A DNA stretch of 63,723 nucleotides, the filler included, from Octopus bimaculoides (Eukaryota), in the NCBI RefSeq assembly GCF_001194135.2. It is 9 parts of 8 records of this genome, joined end to end, with 100 filler letters (N's around TTAATTAATTAA, not from the genome) between each part and the next. Parts side by side here need not be neighbours in the genome. Positions count along the whole stretch, not along the records: positions 1 to 21,487 come from NC_068989.1; 8 more parts are not named here. One strand, given 5' to 3'. Position numbers and translations under genes: made by a program. The notes under the pieces are model-generated. The model searched no databases. It saw only the letters and a program-made list of their open reading frames with translations, and was not told the origin of the DNA. Positions 1 to 12,102 of the stretch are shown here, piece after piece; the stretch's first letter is position 1; each line of letters starts with the position of its first letter.

Positions 1-293
1 TCTAGAGTTAGGGTTAGTTTTAGGGTTAGGGTTAACAGTCTAGTTAGGGTTAGGGGATTAATACGATATACACCGTTACAGCGCTAATTGTTTTCAACTG
101 AATAGACGTCAGTGATTAGTAGAAATTATCGAAATAAGACAATTTTTTACATGAAATAAATACGAATACAAAAATTTTTTTCTGTTCTATAACACAAAAT
201 AGATAAGTATACGAAGTTTGAAAGTCTTTCGGTACCAAAAACACTACATAAAACATAAATGAAAACTGGTGCCCCCGTTTTGAAATCGATCCT
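1..293. mobile_element. Right half of the telomeric-repeat-bearing MITE family (see 19915-20884)
   Basis: Degenerate TTAGGG repeats at 1-55, followed by sequence homologous to 20620-20884 (aatagacgtcagtgatt...tatacgaagtttgaaagt...ggtgccc...gatcc). Confidence 0.75.
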
Positions 294-310
294 ATTTTCT
301 AAATACCCGA

Positions 311-624
311 AGGCGTGGCTGTGTGATAAGAAGCTTGCTTCTCAACCATATGGTTCTGGGTTCGGGCCACTGCGTGATACCTAGGACGAGTGCTTTTTAC
401 TATAGCCATGGGCCGACCAAAGATTTGTGAATGGATTTCCTAGACGGAAACTGAAAGAAGCGCATCGTGTGTATGTGTGTGAGTGTGTGCGTACGTCTTT
501 GTCCTCCATCACCGCTTGACAACCGGCGTTAGTTTGTTTACGTCTCCGTAGATTCATTCGATTAAAAGTTCTGTAAGGCGGTGTTCCAGCATGGCTGTAA
601 TCTAATGACTGAAAGAGATAAAAA
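311..624 (+). mobile_element. tRNA-derived SINE, family A
   Basis: Head ggcgtggctgtgtgataagaagcttgc...ggttctgggttcg (A/B-box-like), a central TG microsatellite and a ccagcatggc...atgactgaa tail, all shared with about 10 other copies in the window. Confidence 0.75.
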
Positions 625-652
625 GATTTTGTTAACAAAAAAGATAAAATAC

Positions 653-800
653 GCGCAGGCGTGACTGCGTGGTAAAAAGTTTGCTTCCCAACCACATGGC
701 TCTGAATTCGATCCACTGCGTGGTACATGGATAAGTGTCTTTTACTATAGCTACGGGCCGACCAAAGCCTTGTAAGTGGATTTGATAGACAGAAACTGAG
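653..800 (+). mobile_element. SINE family A, 5' fragment
   Basis: Second copy of the same head directly after 311-624. Confidence 0.65.
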
Positions 801-937
801 AGCATATGGTGAACATGCTGATTACCGTCGTGGAATAGTTAGTAAATTGTCCTTAAAAATTTTCGGTAGAAACCGAATGTAAAGACAGTGACATCCCGTA
901 CTTTCGTGTAAACAGTTTTACGTTAGTATATGTTGTG

Positions 938-1306
938 TTATTGGCACTCCGTCGCTTACGACGTCGAGGGTTCCAATTGATTCGATCAACGGAACAGCCT
1001 GCTCATGAAATTAACGTGTAAGTGGCTGAGCAATCCACAGACACGTGTACCCTTAACGTAGTTCTCGGGGGTATTCAGCGTGACACAGTGTGACAAGGCT
1101 GACCCTTTGAATTATAGGCACAACAGAAACAGGAAGAAAGAGTGAGAGAAAGTGGTGGTGAAAGAGTACAGCCGGGTTCGTCACCATCCCCTGCCGGAGC
1201 CTCGTGGAGCTTTAGGTGTTTTCGCTCAATAAACACTCACAACGCTCGGTCTGGGAATCGAAACCGCGAGTCCGCTGCCCCAACCACTGGGCCATTGCGC
1301 CTCCAC
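938..1306 (-). mobile_element. tRNA-derived SINE, family B
   Basis: Minus-strand head gtggaggcgcaatggcccagtggttggg...ggtttcgattccc with A and B boxes. Body is near-identical to 59550-59848. Confidence 0.8.
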
Positions 1307-2221
1307 AGTATATGTTAATGTAACATGAAAACTGTACATATATTTTATGGAGGATGAAAACAATCGGATCTTTTCTGTTTGGCTGCCAATTTTCAATATC
1401 CTTCTATTCCAGCTCGTATTGATTTCATATTTGGTGTAATGATATGGTTTTATATGTTAATCACTGCTTTGAAATTCATTTTTGCAATAAATAAATACAT
1501 AAAGACACGCACACACGCTTGTGCACTTTCTCAAGATTTATCGTCCCCGTAAATCTGTTCGTTTTAATTGTTCGAAATTTCCTCCCCATCTTTTACCTTA
1601 CTTCTCCTATTTACCTTTTACGTATTCAGGCTTATAACTTGGGTGCTTAAGCTATTGACTGCCAAAATCGAAAATACAAAAAAGATAGTCTCATTATAAG
1701 AAGATATAAATCCCTTAATTCACTACTTCAACCTACCTACGGCAATGGTGCAGGAATGGAGAGAGTTTTAGTCTCATAGTCTTGTTGTGATGCGACTGAC
1801 TAAACAATTTGCAACACACACTTCAAGAAACCAACCAATATGGGGAATACCAAAGTCTATTCCGGTGAAGAATGTATTATCGAGTACAGATTAGTGGTTA
1901 GAGCTCGACAGAGACAGAAACAAAACATCTTGAAATCGAGAGCAGCTGGGATTCTCTAAAAGTTGGAAGTCTGTCACTCATATGACAAAGATGCCAGACA
2001 AGCGAAGGTTTTTTTCCTTGAAAATGCGAATAAACTGTGCGCTCACCAGGCTCGCTCTCGTTTTCCAGCAAGATCAGATCACTGTGTCCCTGTGAGTGTA
2101 AGAGACTGTCAAAGTTGTGGAAGATTCATACATGCCATACAATATCTTCAAACTTGTTGCGTCGATGTCATAATTCATTACATCAGATGTTTGTCCTGCG
2201 TTATGCTTTCTAGCTTAGTAT

Positions 2222-2483
2222 CTATAAAAATAAATGCGCCCCTTTTAAAGCCTAGCCAGGCTCATGGGCCCGGTTTCCCGGTTTCTGTGGCGTATGTGTT
2301 CCCCAGCTGGACGGGACGCCAGTCCATCGCTGCGTTACTCATTTTTGCCAGCTGAGTGAACTGGAGCAACGTAAAATGAAGTGTTTTGCTCAAGAACACA
2401 ACGCGTCGCCCGGTCCAGGAATCGAAACCACAATCTTACGATCATGAAGCTGACACCCTAACCACTAAGCCACGCGCCTCCAC
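2222..2483 (-). mobile_element. tRNA-derived SINE, family C (CORE-like), with 14-bp target-site duplication
   Basis: Head gtggaggcgcgtggcttagtggttagg...ggtttcgattcc on the minus strand. ttctagcttagtat is repeated exactly at 2208-2221 and 2484-2497. Confidence 0.8.
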
Positions 2484-3475
2484 TTCTAGCTTAGTATAAT
2501 GGTATGTTAATACATACAGCAGTTTTCAGTGGTGGCCTACTGCGGCCAACTTCGGAACTTTGGAGACGGAGGTTTTAACAATTATTGTTCATCCTGCAGG
2601 CTGTCCTCTTCACCAAAGCATCATCGGTAGATTTGTCAGTTCAGTCACCGACAAACCGACCATGCAACAAATTGTAGTAGTTAAATATTACTTGTTGCGC
2701 TCTCAAGTAACCTGATCTTACACACACACACACATATGTACTGATGAATATTAGTGAATAATATTAATTTTTTGTGGTAATCTTTCGGTAATAATCTATG
2801 GCGTCATTCACCACTTTTCCAGCTTCGTTGTCTGTGTTTGGTAATTTACGGTAAAAAAATTATTCCCTTAAACTTTTTCATGTGTTGATGCTGACATTGT
2901 CATTTATCTGCACAAAAAAAACTAAACAAACACACTCGCATACATGCTCACATACATACATACACACACTCACACTCACACATACTGCATACATAAATAC
3001 ACATACGTAAATCCATTTTTTTCATGTTTTTATGAAGCGCTCATGTTTATGCATTCTATTTTGTGAATCGTGTATGTAATCGTTTTGTATCTATCTTTAT
3101 TGTTTTTTTCTTTCTCGTGTTTCTTGGAAGTTTCACACTCACACACACACACACATTCTCTCCACCAGTTGGCAACAAGTTCCTCACTCACAACACCATT
3201 TTCTTTCACATTAAAATGAAAATCGTTTCATTTTTTTTTTGTACGATTCCTTTAATGCATGTATTTATGTCATTATTCAATTTCAAGATTTCTTGCCAAT
3301 AGAGAAAGAACTGGTTTCTAACCTAGATCCAAGGTTCCTTCATTGAAATTTCAACATCAGGGTATTTTTGTTTGAATGTATGTATGTATGTATATGTGTG
3401 TGTGTGTGTATGTATGTATGTTTTATGTATGCTCATGCATATAGTTGCATATCTAGACATGCTCATATATTTAAA

Positions 3476-4017
3476 CTAGCAGCTAAGCCCGGTTTCACCC
3501 GGTCTATTTGGATGATGTGGCTGTGATCGTTTTCAGTCAGGCATAATCTATAACAGCGTTTCTCACCCTTGTTTCGATTAGAGCCTCCAGCTGTATGAAA
3601 ATTTCCTGACCCACCCCGCGTCAGAAAATAGCTTCAGCAGTTGTGAAGAACGAATTTGTACGCAGTCTGTTTCGGAGAGCTATTCTATTGAACCTCTGTC
3701 TAATCATTAAAACATTGGGCGATCTTTCGATATGGGAGCACACAACTGTCACTTACAAGCCACGTGTGTTTATTTACACTTTTGAAGATGATCGTCGGTT
3801 TCCGTAAAAAAATTTTATTTTATTAATATGGGGTTGGCTGGAAAGGGGATCTTTTGAAGTCGGCGTGATAGCGAAAGAGACAGAGAGAGCGCGATTGTAT
3901 GAGTGAAGTTTGCGTGAAGCGAAAGAATTGATGTGCGTGCTCGTGTGTGTGTGTGCGCGCGAGACAGAATGTGTGGTGTGTATGTGAATTGCTTTTGTTA
4001 GTGTGTAAAGAGACAGA
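3476..4017 (+). mobile_element. Non-autonomous Helitron-like repeat (5' part); shorter copy at about 18899-18960
   Basis: Starts ctagcagctaagcccggtttcacccgg, resembling the CTAG + GC-hairpin terminus of Helitron/Helentron elements. The same start recurs at 18899. Superfamily assignment is inference. Confidence 0.4.
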
Positions 4018-4518
4018 GAGAGTAATGTTGCTGGTGTNNNNNNNNNNNNNNNNNNNNNNNNNNNNNNNNNNNNNNNNNNNNNNNNNNNNNNNNNNNNNNN
4101 NNNNNNNNNNNNNNNNNNNNNNNNNNNNNNNNNNNNNATAATTGTTTCTGATTCAGATAAAAGCAAATAATTTTGATGAGAGCATTCCTCCAGTTCTTGA
4201 CAGGTTCTTTGTTTTATTGAATCTGGGGTAGTGAAAGACAAAGTTGACCACGACTGGATATGAAATCAGAACGTAAAGTGTTGTAAATAAACATTTTAAG
4301 TAATAAAAACCATAAAAACCATCAATATAGGACAATAATTTAACATCCAATTCAAAGACAGAAAATATTGATACAATTTTTCCACACTATGCAATGGGTT
4401 ACTTCATGTTTTCAAAGGAAAAGGTGTTTTGAAGGGAACACAAGAAACGTGTAGACATTAAACCAGTGTAAATCTTCAGATATGCAAAACATTTCAATAA
4501 AGTAAAAAAGAAAACATT

Positions 4519-4611
4519 CATTCGGAGGGGTGATTTGAACTCACGTCCTTCAGATCAATTGATTACTTAGCGATTAAAAGTCTGATGCTCTACCGACTGA
4601 GCTATGCGAAC
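4519..4611 (-). pseudogene. tRNA-Lys(UUU) pseudogene with 19-nt intron (4556-4574)
   Basis: D arm and anticodon arm intact. T arm has substitutions and a 1-nt insertion; C6.C67 mismatch in the acceptor stem. Confidence 0.85.
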
Positions 4612-5068
4612 GGACGAGTAAAGACTCTCTTAGATTTTATATGAACCAATATTGTCCACTTCACATGAACTTGTCCTTACAACTTTATTGAAAATGAATA
4701 TTTATCCACCGGTCGGCTCATGCACTTCTGCGCCGTCGACTTTAGCATCTACCACTTTTCTTTCAGATTCATACATTTCAACTATCAACATAACATAACC
4801 TTCATTCTCCTAAACGTATTCCTGCTGAAATGCAATTGAAAGATATTCAATTTGAAGAGATATTTGAGGAAACAGACAAGAGTGGAGGAAGAGTCATTCA
4901 TAATTCCGGAATTCCTCCTCTTCGCGTGCTGTAAACATAATGGCAATCCACATCCTTGAAAACATATCTCTATTTTTAACACTCTAACTTCATCAAAGCA
5001 CGATAAACTAGATCCCGTTTATTTAGACCTCGAATAAAACAGTTAGCAGTGGTTTCAGTTACGTAAAC

Positions 5069-5379
5069 TACAGGTTCTGAAAGTGGGCGCTACTACTCCC
5101 CGGTGGGCGTCGAGAGGGTCCATGTGGGATGTGGGTGCTGCTGTGTAAGAAAAAGGAGGCATTGAGTGGAAGGCAGTAGAATGTGGGACCCTATGAATTT
5201 CTAAGATTATTATCGTATTGAACACTAAGTATATAATATTTAAAATATCAAATGTTTCATAGTATATATAAATTAGTATAATATAAAGTATTTATTTATA
5301 CATAAAAATAGGGGTGGGGCGCTGAGGGCGTTATGTGTCAATGAGAGGGGCAGTGACCCAAAAAGTTTGAGTACCTGTG
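5069..5379. mobile_element. hAT (Charlie-like) MITE
   Basis: Imperfect TIRs tacaggttctgaaagt / agtttgagtacctgtg. 8-bp TSD acgtaaac (5061-5068) / atgtaaac (5380-5387). Confidence 0.75.
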
Positions 5380-5999
5380 ATGTAAACTGACTGCACGTGG
5401 GCTAACTCTGTCTGTCTCTGTCTCTGTCTCTCTCTCTCTGTTTTCCTCTCTCTCTCTTTTCCTCTCTCTCTCTTTCTCAGTCTGTCTCTCTCTGTTTCTG
5501 TCTGTCTGTCTGTCTGTCTGTCTGGTTCTGTCTGTCTGACTCTGTCTGTCTGTGTCCCACCTCACCAGTTTTACCTCTCTCACTATTGCTCGCTCGGTCT
5601 GACACAGCGAGGCTTTCATGTACCTACAATACAAACATCGATATATGACCTATTCAACATCGCTGTCGACCCACCAAAATATTCCTAGCAGAAATACGCA
5701 TGAAAACAAAAAACCCTAAAGTTTTCCGGTTTGTGAATTAGGAATATGACCAACGTATATTTTGTTTATTTATTTACTAGGTTACTGGTTGATTAAGACC
5801 ATTAACTCCAGTGACTTCCAGCTATTTTATGTTTGCGGTCTTAAAATCCGAAAGGCAAAGTTGACCTCGGTGGTATTTGGACTCAGAAATTGAAGTGTCG
5901 GACAAGAAGTGAACACAAGAAACGTGTAGGCATTAAACCAGTGTAAATCTTCAGATATGCAAAACATTTCAATAAAGTAAAAATGAAAATGAAAACATT

Positions 6000-6092
6000 C
6001 ATTCCAAAGGTGGAGTTGAACTCACGATCCTCACACCACTTGCTTACTTAGCGATTAGAAGTCTGAAGCTCTACCGACTGAGCTATGCGGAC
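6000..6092 (-). pseudogene. tRNA-Lys-body pseudogene with UCU anticodon and 19-nt intron (6037-6055)
   Basis: Lys 5' half with anticodon loop CTTCTA. The 3' anticodon stem, T arm and acceptor stem are disrupted. Confidence 0.8.
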
Positions 6093-6280
6093 GGACAAAG
6101 TACTGCTCGCTTAGATTTTATATGAACCAATATTGCTCACTTCACACAAACTTATCCTCATAACTTTATTGAAAATGAATATTTCATCCACCGGTCGGCT
6201 CATGCACTTCTGCGCCGTCGACTTTTGCATCTACCACTTTTCTTTCAGATTCATACATTTCAACTATCANNNNNNNNNNT

Positions 6281-6334
6281 CATTCGGGAGACTTGAACTA
6301 ACGACCTTCAGATCATTTGTTTACTTAGCAATTA
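6281..6334 (-). pseudogene. tRNA-Lys 3'-exon + intron fragment
   Basis: cattcgggagacttgaactaacgaccttcagat plus intron-like sequence after a 10-N gap; 5' exon absent. Confidence 0.6.
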
Positions 6335-6584
6335 CAACGTAAAGTGTTGTAAATAAACATTTTAAGTAATAAAAACCATAAAAACCATCAATATAGGACA
6401 ATAATTAAACATCCAATTCAAAGACAGAAAATATTGATACAATTTTTCCACACTATGCAATGGGTTACATTATGTTTTCAAAGGAAAAGGTGTTTTGAAG
6501 TGAACACAAGAAACGTGTAGACATTAAACCAGTATAAATCTTCAGATATGCAAAACATTTCAATAAAGTACAAATGAAAACATT

Positions 6585-6677
6585 CTTTCGGACGGGAGAC
6601 TTGAACACACGACCCTCAGATCACTTTCTTACTGAGCGATTAAAAGTCTGATGCTCTACCGACTGAGCTATGCGAAC
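6585..6677 (-). pseudogene. tRNA-Lys(UUU) pseudogene with 19-nt intron (6622-6640)
   Basis: Paralog of 4519-4611; G1.A72 and C6.C67 mismatches and a damaged T stem. Confidence 0.85.
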
Positions 6678-7134
6678 GGACGAGTGAGCGCGTTCTTAGA
6701 TTTTATATGAACCAATATTGCTCACTTCACACGAACTTATCCTCATAACTTTATGGAAAATGAATATTTATCCACCGGTCGGCTCATGCACTTCTGTGCC
6801 GTCGACTTTAGCATCTACCACTTTTCTTTCAGATTCATACATTTCAACTCTCAACATAACATAACCTTCATTCTCCTAAACGTATTCCTGCAAAAATGCA
6901 ATTGAAAGATATTCAATTTGAACAGATATTTGAAGAAACAGACACGAGTCGAGGAAGACTCATTCAAAATTCCGGAATTCCTCCTCTTCTAATCCTGTAA
7001 ACATAATGGTAATCCACATCCTTGAAAACATATCTCTATTTTTAACACTTTAAGCTCATCAAAGCACGATAAACTAGATCCCGTTTATTTAGACCTCGAA
7101 TAAAACAGTTAGCAGTGGTTTCAGTTACGTAAAC

Positions 7135-7435
7135 TACAGGTTCTGAAAGTGGGCGCTACTACTCCCCGGTGGGCGTCGAGATCGTCCATGTGGGTGCTGG
7201 TTTGTAAGAAAAAGGAGGCATTGAGTGGAAGTCAGAGGATCGGGGGACACTATGAATTTCTAAGATCATTATCTTATTGTTCACTACGTATATATTTTAA
7301 ATATCAAATGTTTCATACTGTATATAAATTAGTATAATATAAAGTATTTATTTATACATAAAAACAGGGGTGGGGCGCTATGGGCGTTATGTGGCCATGA
7401 GAGAGGCAGTGACCCAAAAAGTTTGAGAATCTCTG
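7135..7435. mobile_element. hAT MITE, duplicated copy of 5069-5379
   Basis: Same TIRs and same TSD (7127-7134 / 7436-7443), so it was copied with the tandem unit rather than inserted independently. Confidence 0.75.
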
Positions 7436-8356
7436 ATGTAAACTGACTGCACGTGGGCTAACTCTGTCTGTCTCTCTCAGTCTCTCCGTCTCTCTCTCTT
7501 TCTCTGTGTGTCTGTTTTTTTCTGACTGTCTGCCTGTCTGTCTGGTTCTGTTTGTCTGGCTCTGACTGTCTGTCTCCCATCTCACCCGTTTTCTGTCTCT
7601 CACTGTTGCTCACTCTCTTTGACATAGCCAGACCTTCATGTACCTACAATGCAAACATCGATCACATGACCTATTCAAAATCGCTGTCGATCCACCAACA
7701 TTTTTCTAGGAGATACCCGCCTTAAAGTAAAAAACCGCCAAGTTCTCAGGTTTCTGATTTAGGAACATGACCAACGTATACGTTACTTATTTATTTACTT
7801 GGTTACTGATTGATTAAGACCATTGGCTCCAGTGACTTCCACCTACTTTATTTTTACGGCCTCAAAAACTGAAAGGCAAAGTTGACGTCGGCGGTATTTG
7901 AACTCAGAAATTAGTGTCGGAACAAATAGCGCAACGTATGCTTTCCGACTTTCCAATGATTCTATTAGCTTGCTCCTTGCGATAATTGTTTCTGATTCAG
8001 ATACAAGCAAATAATTTTGATGAGAGTACTCCCCCAGTTTTTGACTGGCACTTTGTTTTATTGAAGCTGGTGTAGTGAAAGACAACGTTGACCACGACTG
8101 GATATGAAATCAGAACGGAAAGTGTTATAAATAAACATTTTAAGGAATAATAAAAACCATCAATATAGGACAATAATTTAACATTCAATTCAAAGACAGA
8201 AAATATTGATACAATTTCTCCACATTATGCAATGGGTTACTTCATGTTTTAAAAGGAAAAGGTGTTTTGAAGTTAACGAAAGACACGTGTTGACATTAAA
8301 CCAGTATAAATCTTCAGACATGCAAAACATTTCAATTGAGTAAAAATGAAAACATT

Positions 8357-8448
8357 CGCCCGCAGGGGGACTTGAACCCACGACCCTCAGATCACTTGCT
8401 ACCTTAGCGATTAAAAGTCTGATGCTCTGCCGACTGAGCTATGCGGGC
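8357..8448 (-). tRNA. tRNA-Lys(UUU): tRNA-Lys(UUU), intron-containing (intron 8393-8411), apparently intact
   Basis: GCCCGCA TA GCTC AGTCGGCA GAGC A TCAGA CTTTTA [19 nt] A TCTGA GGGTC GTGGG TTCAAGT CCCCC TGCGGGC G. Perfect acceptor stem, U50.C64 mismatch, T4/T5 terminators just downstream. Confidence 0.85.
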
Positions 8449-9000
8449 GGACGGATGATCTCATTCTTGGATTTTATATGAACCAATATTGCCCACTTCA
8501 CACGATCTTTTCCTCAAAACATTCTTGGAAATGAATATTTTTTCACGGGTTGCATCATGCACTTCTGCTCCGTCGACCTTGTTTGTAGGGGAGACTTGGT
8601 CTAGTTGTTACACTTTTTCATATTTTGCCTTGGCATCCACATAAATGAACACAGCTGGAGTTTCTTTTAAGACTGAATTATTAAAACATCTCTATTTGTT
8701 GTTATCACTAGCAAAAAACAAACAAACAGAAATTACATAACATTATTTAGCCAGTTTCTAATTAATGAGGTGGTCTCAGCTGTAATAATTTTCCCCGAGT
8801 GCGGGGTACGTTGTGACACTTACTGGGGTACTTTGTTACAACTGTCGATAACTCGCAATTATGTTAACAAACACGTCTCCTACTTCTTGCATCTAAGAAG
8901 TATTATTCTAATTAATTAACTGTGCATTGAACCACCTCATATCCTAACTGTGATACTGAGAGTCCTCATTAACCAATTTTCCCATTGTTACATGTGCCAT

Positions 9001-10921
9001 CTAGTCGGAATCGACCTCCATTAACTTCTCACGACACAGATCACACAAAAAATCATGTCGTCTATCGGTATAGTCGGTGCGTGCCCAATCTTTACAGATC
9101 ATGCATGGCACCCATTCTTCACCTGGAAGGGATTTGGAATACCAATCTGAGCAGACAAGGCATTTCCAGTCGACTTGCTTGCTGTGAGGCTGCTTCCCCT
9201 TGCCTTTATCTATTTTAGTTGACTTTCACTTCCCTTTTGTTGCCTTTTCTGTACCAGTTGCCTTCTTTGGTTTGGATTTCCGTTCGTTTATTTCATCCAC
9301 TATGTGCTGTTTTATGGGGGTTAGGGTTAGAATGGCTGTTTGGCACCTCTTGCTACTTCCACGACCTCGACCTGTCTTCCGGGGGGAAGCCTTCCTTAAT
9401 GGGAGCAACATCTCTGGGCTTGTAACAACACCAACAGGAAAGCTTGGGGCTGGTGTGGGTAGGTCTGTCGGACTGTCTTGCCGTTCATTGAACTGGTCGC
9501 CTGGTTGAACGTCTGACTGGTCGTCTGGCTGCAAGTTAAGCTGGTTATCTGACTGCATGCCAGACTGCACGTCATGATGGTCGTCTGGCTGCACCTCAGC
9601 TTGTTTTGAAGCAGGACGGTCCGCAACGTAACTTGAAAGGAATTCCTCATCACCAAAGACATCTCTGTTAAAGGGCCAGATCCCACTGACTTGAAATCCA
9701 TCTGGATGTTGACTGGATGTTGACAAGATAGCCGGGATGTTGTAAATGATCATCGTTTTACATGAGGCCCTATTCACGTACTTCTTAAGAGGACCATAGA
9801 CACTCTGATCGAGTGGTTGTAGCTTACGTGAGCTGTGTGTGGGGAATGATAGCAGAACAATACCATTGTCTCGGCAGAAATAAATGATAGCCAACGAGAT
9901 ATGGGAGTTGTGGTTGTAAAGTAGCAACAGGAGAGGATGCTCTTTGCTGCAACGAGTGTGCTTCACGAAGTGTTCCGGACATTTTTAGAAAATCTGCTTC
10001 ATTCATCCATCCACTTGGATTTGCTGATCCACAGCAATCTGTTGGCCCATTAAGAATGAAGTATTCATGGAAGTGGACTCTAGGGAACACCAGTATTGGT
10101 GGTGTTGCATAACCGCTGGCATTTACTGGAAGGCAGATTGTCACCAGGGTTCCTCTCTCAACGGAAGTCGTCGTTCCTACTTGTTTCACTCCTTTTTCTG
10201 CCACAATTCGATCTGGTCGTTGCACTGTTGTGACACTTGTCTCATCACAGTTGTAGATGTCATGGCCCTCAGACTTGTAGCAGTCAAGCAGCTCTGTCAG
10301 ATTACCGAAAAACTTGTTCGCGTTAGTTCGATTGAAGCTTGTTGTCCTACTCAGATTTGTGGATTCTGGGGTTCGGATGGAGTGGTTAGAGTTCCGATTC
10401 ATAAACTTTGAGAACCAGTCAAAACCAGTGCATTCATTGGCGGACAAGGAATCTGGACACTTGATTTCATTGGCCTTCGCATAGTCGTAAGCAAAGCTTC
10501 GAATGTCAGAAGGAGTCCGACAATGGTAAATTTTAGCAGCTTTAAGGATGTAGGTCACAAGCAAGTCTTTTTGCTCCTTGGTAAAAACTGCACGCCGAGA
10601 AGCATATCCAACACTGGCTATTTTCCCCTCTGTCCTTAGTTTCTTGCAGTATCTCTGCAGCCTCATGAAATTCACCTGAAAATATAAAGAAGCTGAAGGT
10701 TCATTTTTTGGTACAGCTGACATTCTGTTAACATCTTAAGAGGTTAGTGTAAGAGATGCCGATAACTTCATATCTATTGAGCCTGAAACCTGCCTCGAAA
10801 TCTTTGGCAATATCCCGTAATGATTTCTTTTCATCCGTAACTTTTTTGGCGGCTCTTTCCATGTCATCAGGAGAGGTATCCCCCCACCCACTGTAGTCTT
10901 CCTTTTGTAATTTCTAGGCAT
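9001..10921 (-). pseudogene. pogo/Tigger-like DDE_1 transposase pseudogene (HTH-psq, CENP-B HTH, DDE_1, C-terminal PHD-like finger)
   Basis: MPRNYKRKT start at 10921. IYNCDETS (first D), ERGTLVT, SGWMN, LLLLYNH (second D changed to Y) and LQPLD motifs are spread over ORFs 10736-10921, 9824-10723 and 9226-9966 by frameshifts. Reading through TGA at 9226 gives CLVC...WVPCMICKDWA...CDLC, ending at TAG 9001. Confidence 0.9.
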
Positions 10922-11399
10922 GGCATGTTAAACTGGAATAGAAGGGGTAAGTTGTGACATGCCTGGGATAAGTTGATAACCTCTAACAGATTTTTTAATT
11001 ACAGATTTTACAGATCTTACAGATTTTTTTAATTAATTTTTTTTAACTAAACAATTTGAAACTTCGTATACTGGTTGAACGTGTCAGAGGTTTTTCTATT
11101 CTGTACATATAAAAAGTTTAGCTACTTTTTCTAGCTGGTCATGCAACCACATACAGGCTCCGTCGTTGGTCTGGCTCAGTAATAATTTTGTTGTCATTTA
11201 GCCTCAATTCAATCCTGATACAGCAATCCATTCAAAGACATTCCAGCCTTCAGCAAACCGTCTTTTTAGAGATAATCTAGGACATTACGTACAATGGGCG
11301 TGTAATTGAGGTAGGGGGTTTGGCTGCTATTTTTAGCGTGTCGCGTGACCAGGTAGAGGCTCTTTCATTGGTATGGACCCGGAAGTTGTTGTTCGCAAA

Positions 11400-11620
11400 A
11401 GGCAGTAGTAATTTTCTTCAGCTGAATACACGTCATTGATTGGTTAAAATTACCCAAATACAAATTTAACACGAAATAACTTCTAAAATACAAAATTTTG
11501 TCAAAAACGTTAAGAGAAAACCCTGTTCTATGTGACATATTATACCAGTATCCGAAGTTTCAAAGTGTTTAGTTAAAAATAAATAATTAAAAAATCTGTC
11601 CGTCGAATGGAATAGATCCT
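11400..11620. mobile_element. Fragment of the 19915-20884 MITE family
   Basis: Homologous to 21310-21487 (ctgaata.acgtca.tgattggtt...ccagt...gtttcaaagtgttt) and ends in gatcc. Confidence 0.6.
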
Positions 11621-12010
11621 TCACACTTTTTCACATAACCCTGGACTTTATATGTGAAATGCCAGTGATATGCTGCATGTCCATCAACAATATTAGCAGA
11701 CAGACAGCCGTACAGAGGTATGACATANNNNNNNNNNNNNNNNNNNNNNNNNNNNNNNNNNNNNNNNNNNNNNNNNNNNNNNNNNNNNNNNNNNNNNNNN
11801 NNNNNNNNNNNNNNNNNNNNNNNNNNNNNNNNNNNNNNNNNNNNNNNNNNNNNNNNNNNNNNNNNNNNNNNNNNGCTACCTTTTTCCAAGTAACAGATAA
11901 TATGTATATTTTAAAAAAAAAAGAAATGTTTGGATTTCAACTCTCTACTAATTTTCAAGAAATTAAAACTGTATGTACGCTGATAGGTCTATGAACAAAA
12001 AAGAATTATG

Positions 12011-12102
12011 CGCCCGCAGAGGGACTCGAACCCGCGACCCTCAGATTACTTATAAGGTTGACCTATAAAAGTCTGATGCTCTACCGACTGAGCTATGCGG
12101 GC
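12011..12102 (-). tRNA. tRNA-Lys(UUU): tRNA-Lys(UUU), intron-containing (intron 12047-12065), intact
   Basis: GCCCGCATAGCTCAGTCGGTAGAGCATCAGACTTTTA [taggtcaaccttataagta] ATCTGAGGGTCGCGGGTTCGAGTCCCTCTGCGGGCG. Close to the known animal tRNA-Lys(UUU) sequence; T6 terminator 8 nt downstream. Confidence 0.93.

Larger units (their letters stand above)
4139..8580. repeat. Tandem segmental duplication (about 1.8-2 kb unit, 2.5 units plus partial inserts), each unit carrying a tRNA-Lys copy
   Basis: acgtaaagtgttgtaaataa block at 4271, 6337 and about 8115. 4139 is homologous to 7981. The same MITE and TC/TCTG microsatellite occur in both full units. Confidence 0.9.

Noticed and set aside
1-55. TTAGGG repeats at the window start as a chromosome end
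   Set aside because: They are degenerate and continue into the MITE family seen complete at 19915-20884, so they are interstitial.
938-2483. SINE heads as tRNA genes
   Set aside because: A/B boxes are present but there is no complete cloverleaf, and they continue into repeat bodies found in multiple copies.
2741-2762. CTGATGA...GAATA and the similar CTGATGA at 50635 and 60383
   Set aside because: GAAA and/or the stems are missing; compatible with chance or complete decay.
3774-4270. ORFs 3774-4241 and 7843-8085 as Helitron helicase remnants (SRGQL...TTPDSIK)
   Set aside because: Similarity is limited to a few residues across a frameshift; not enough to call.
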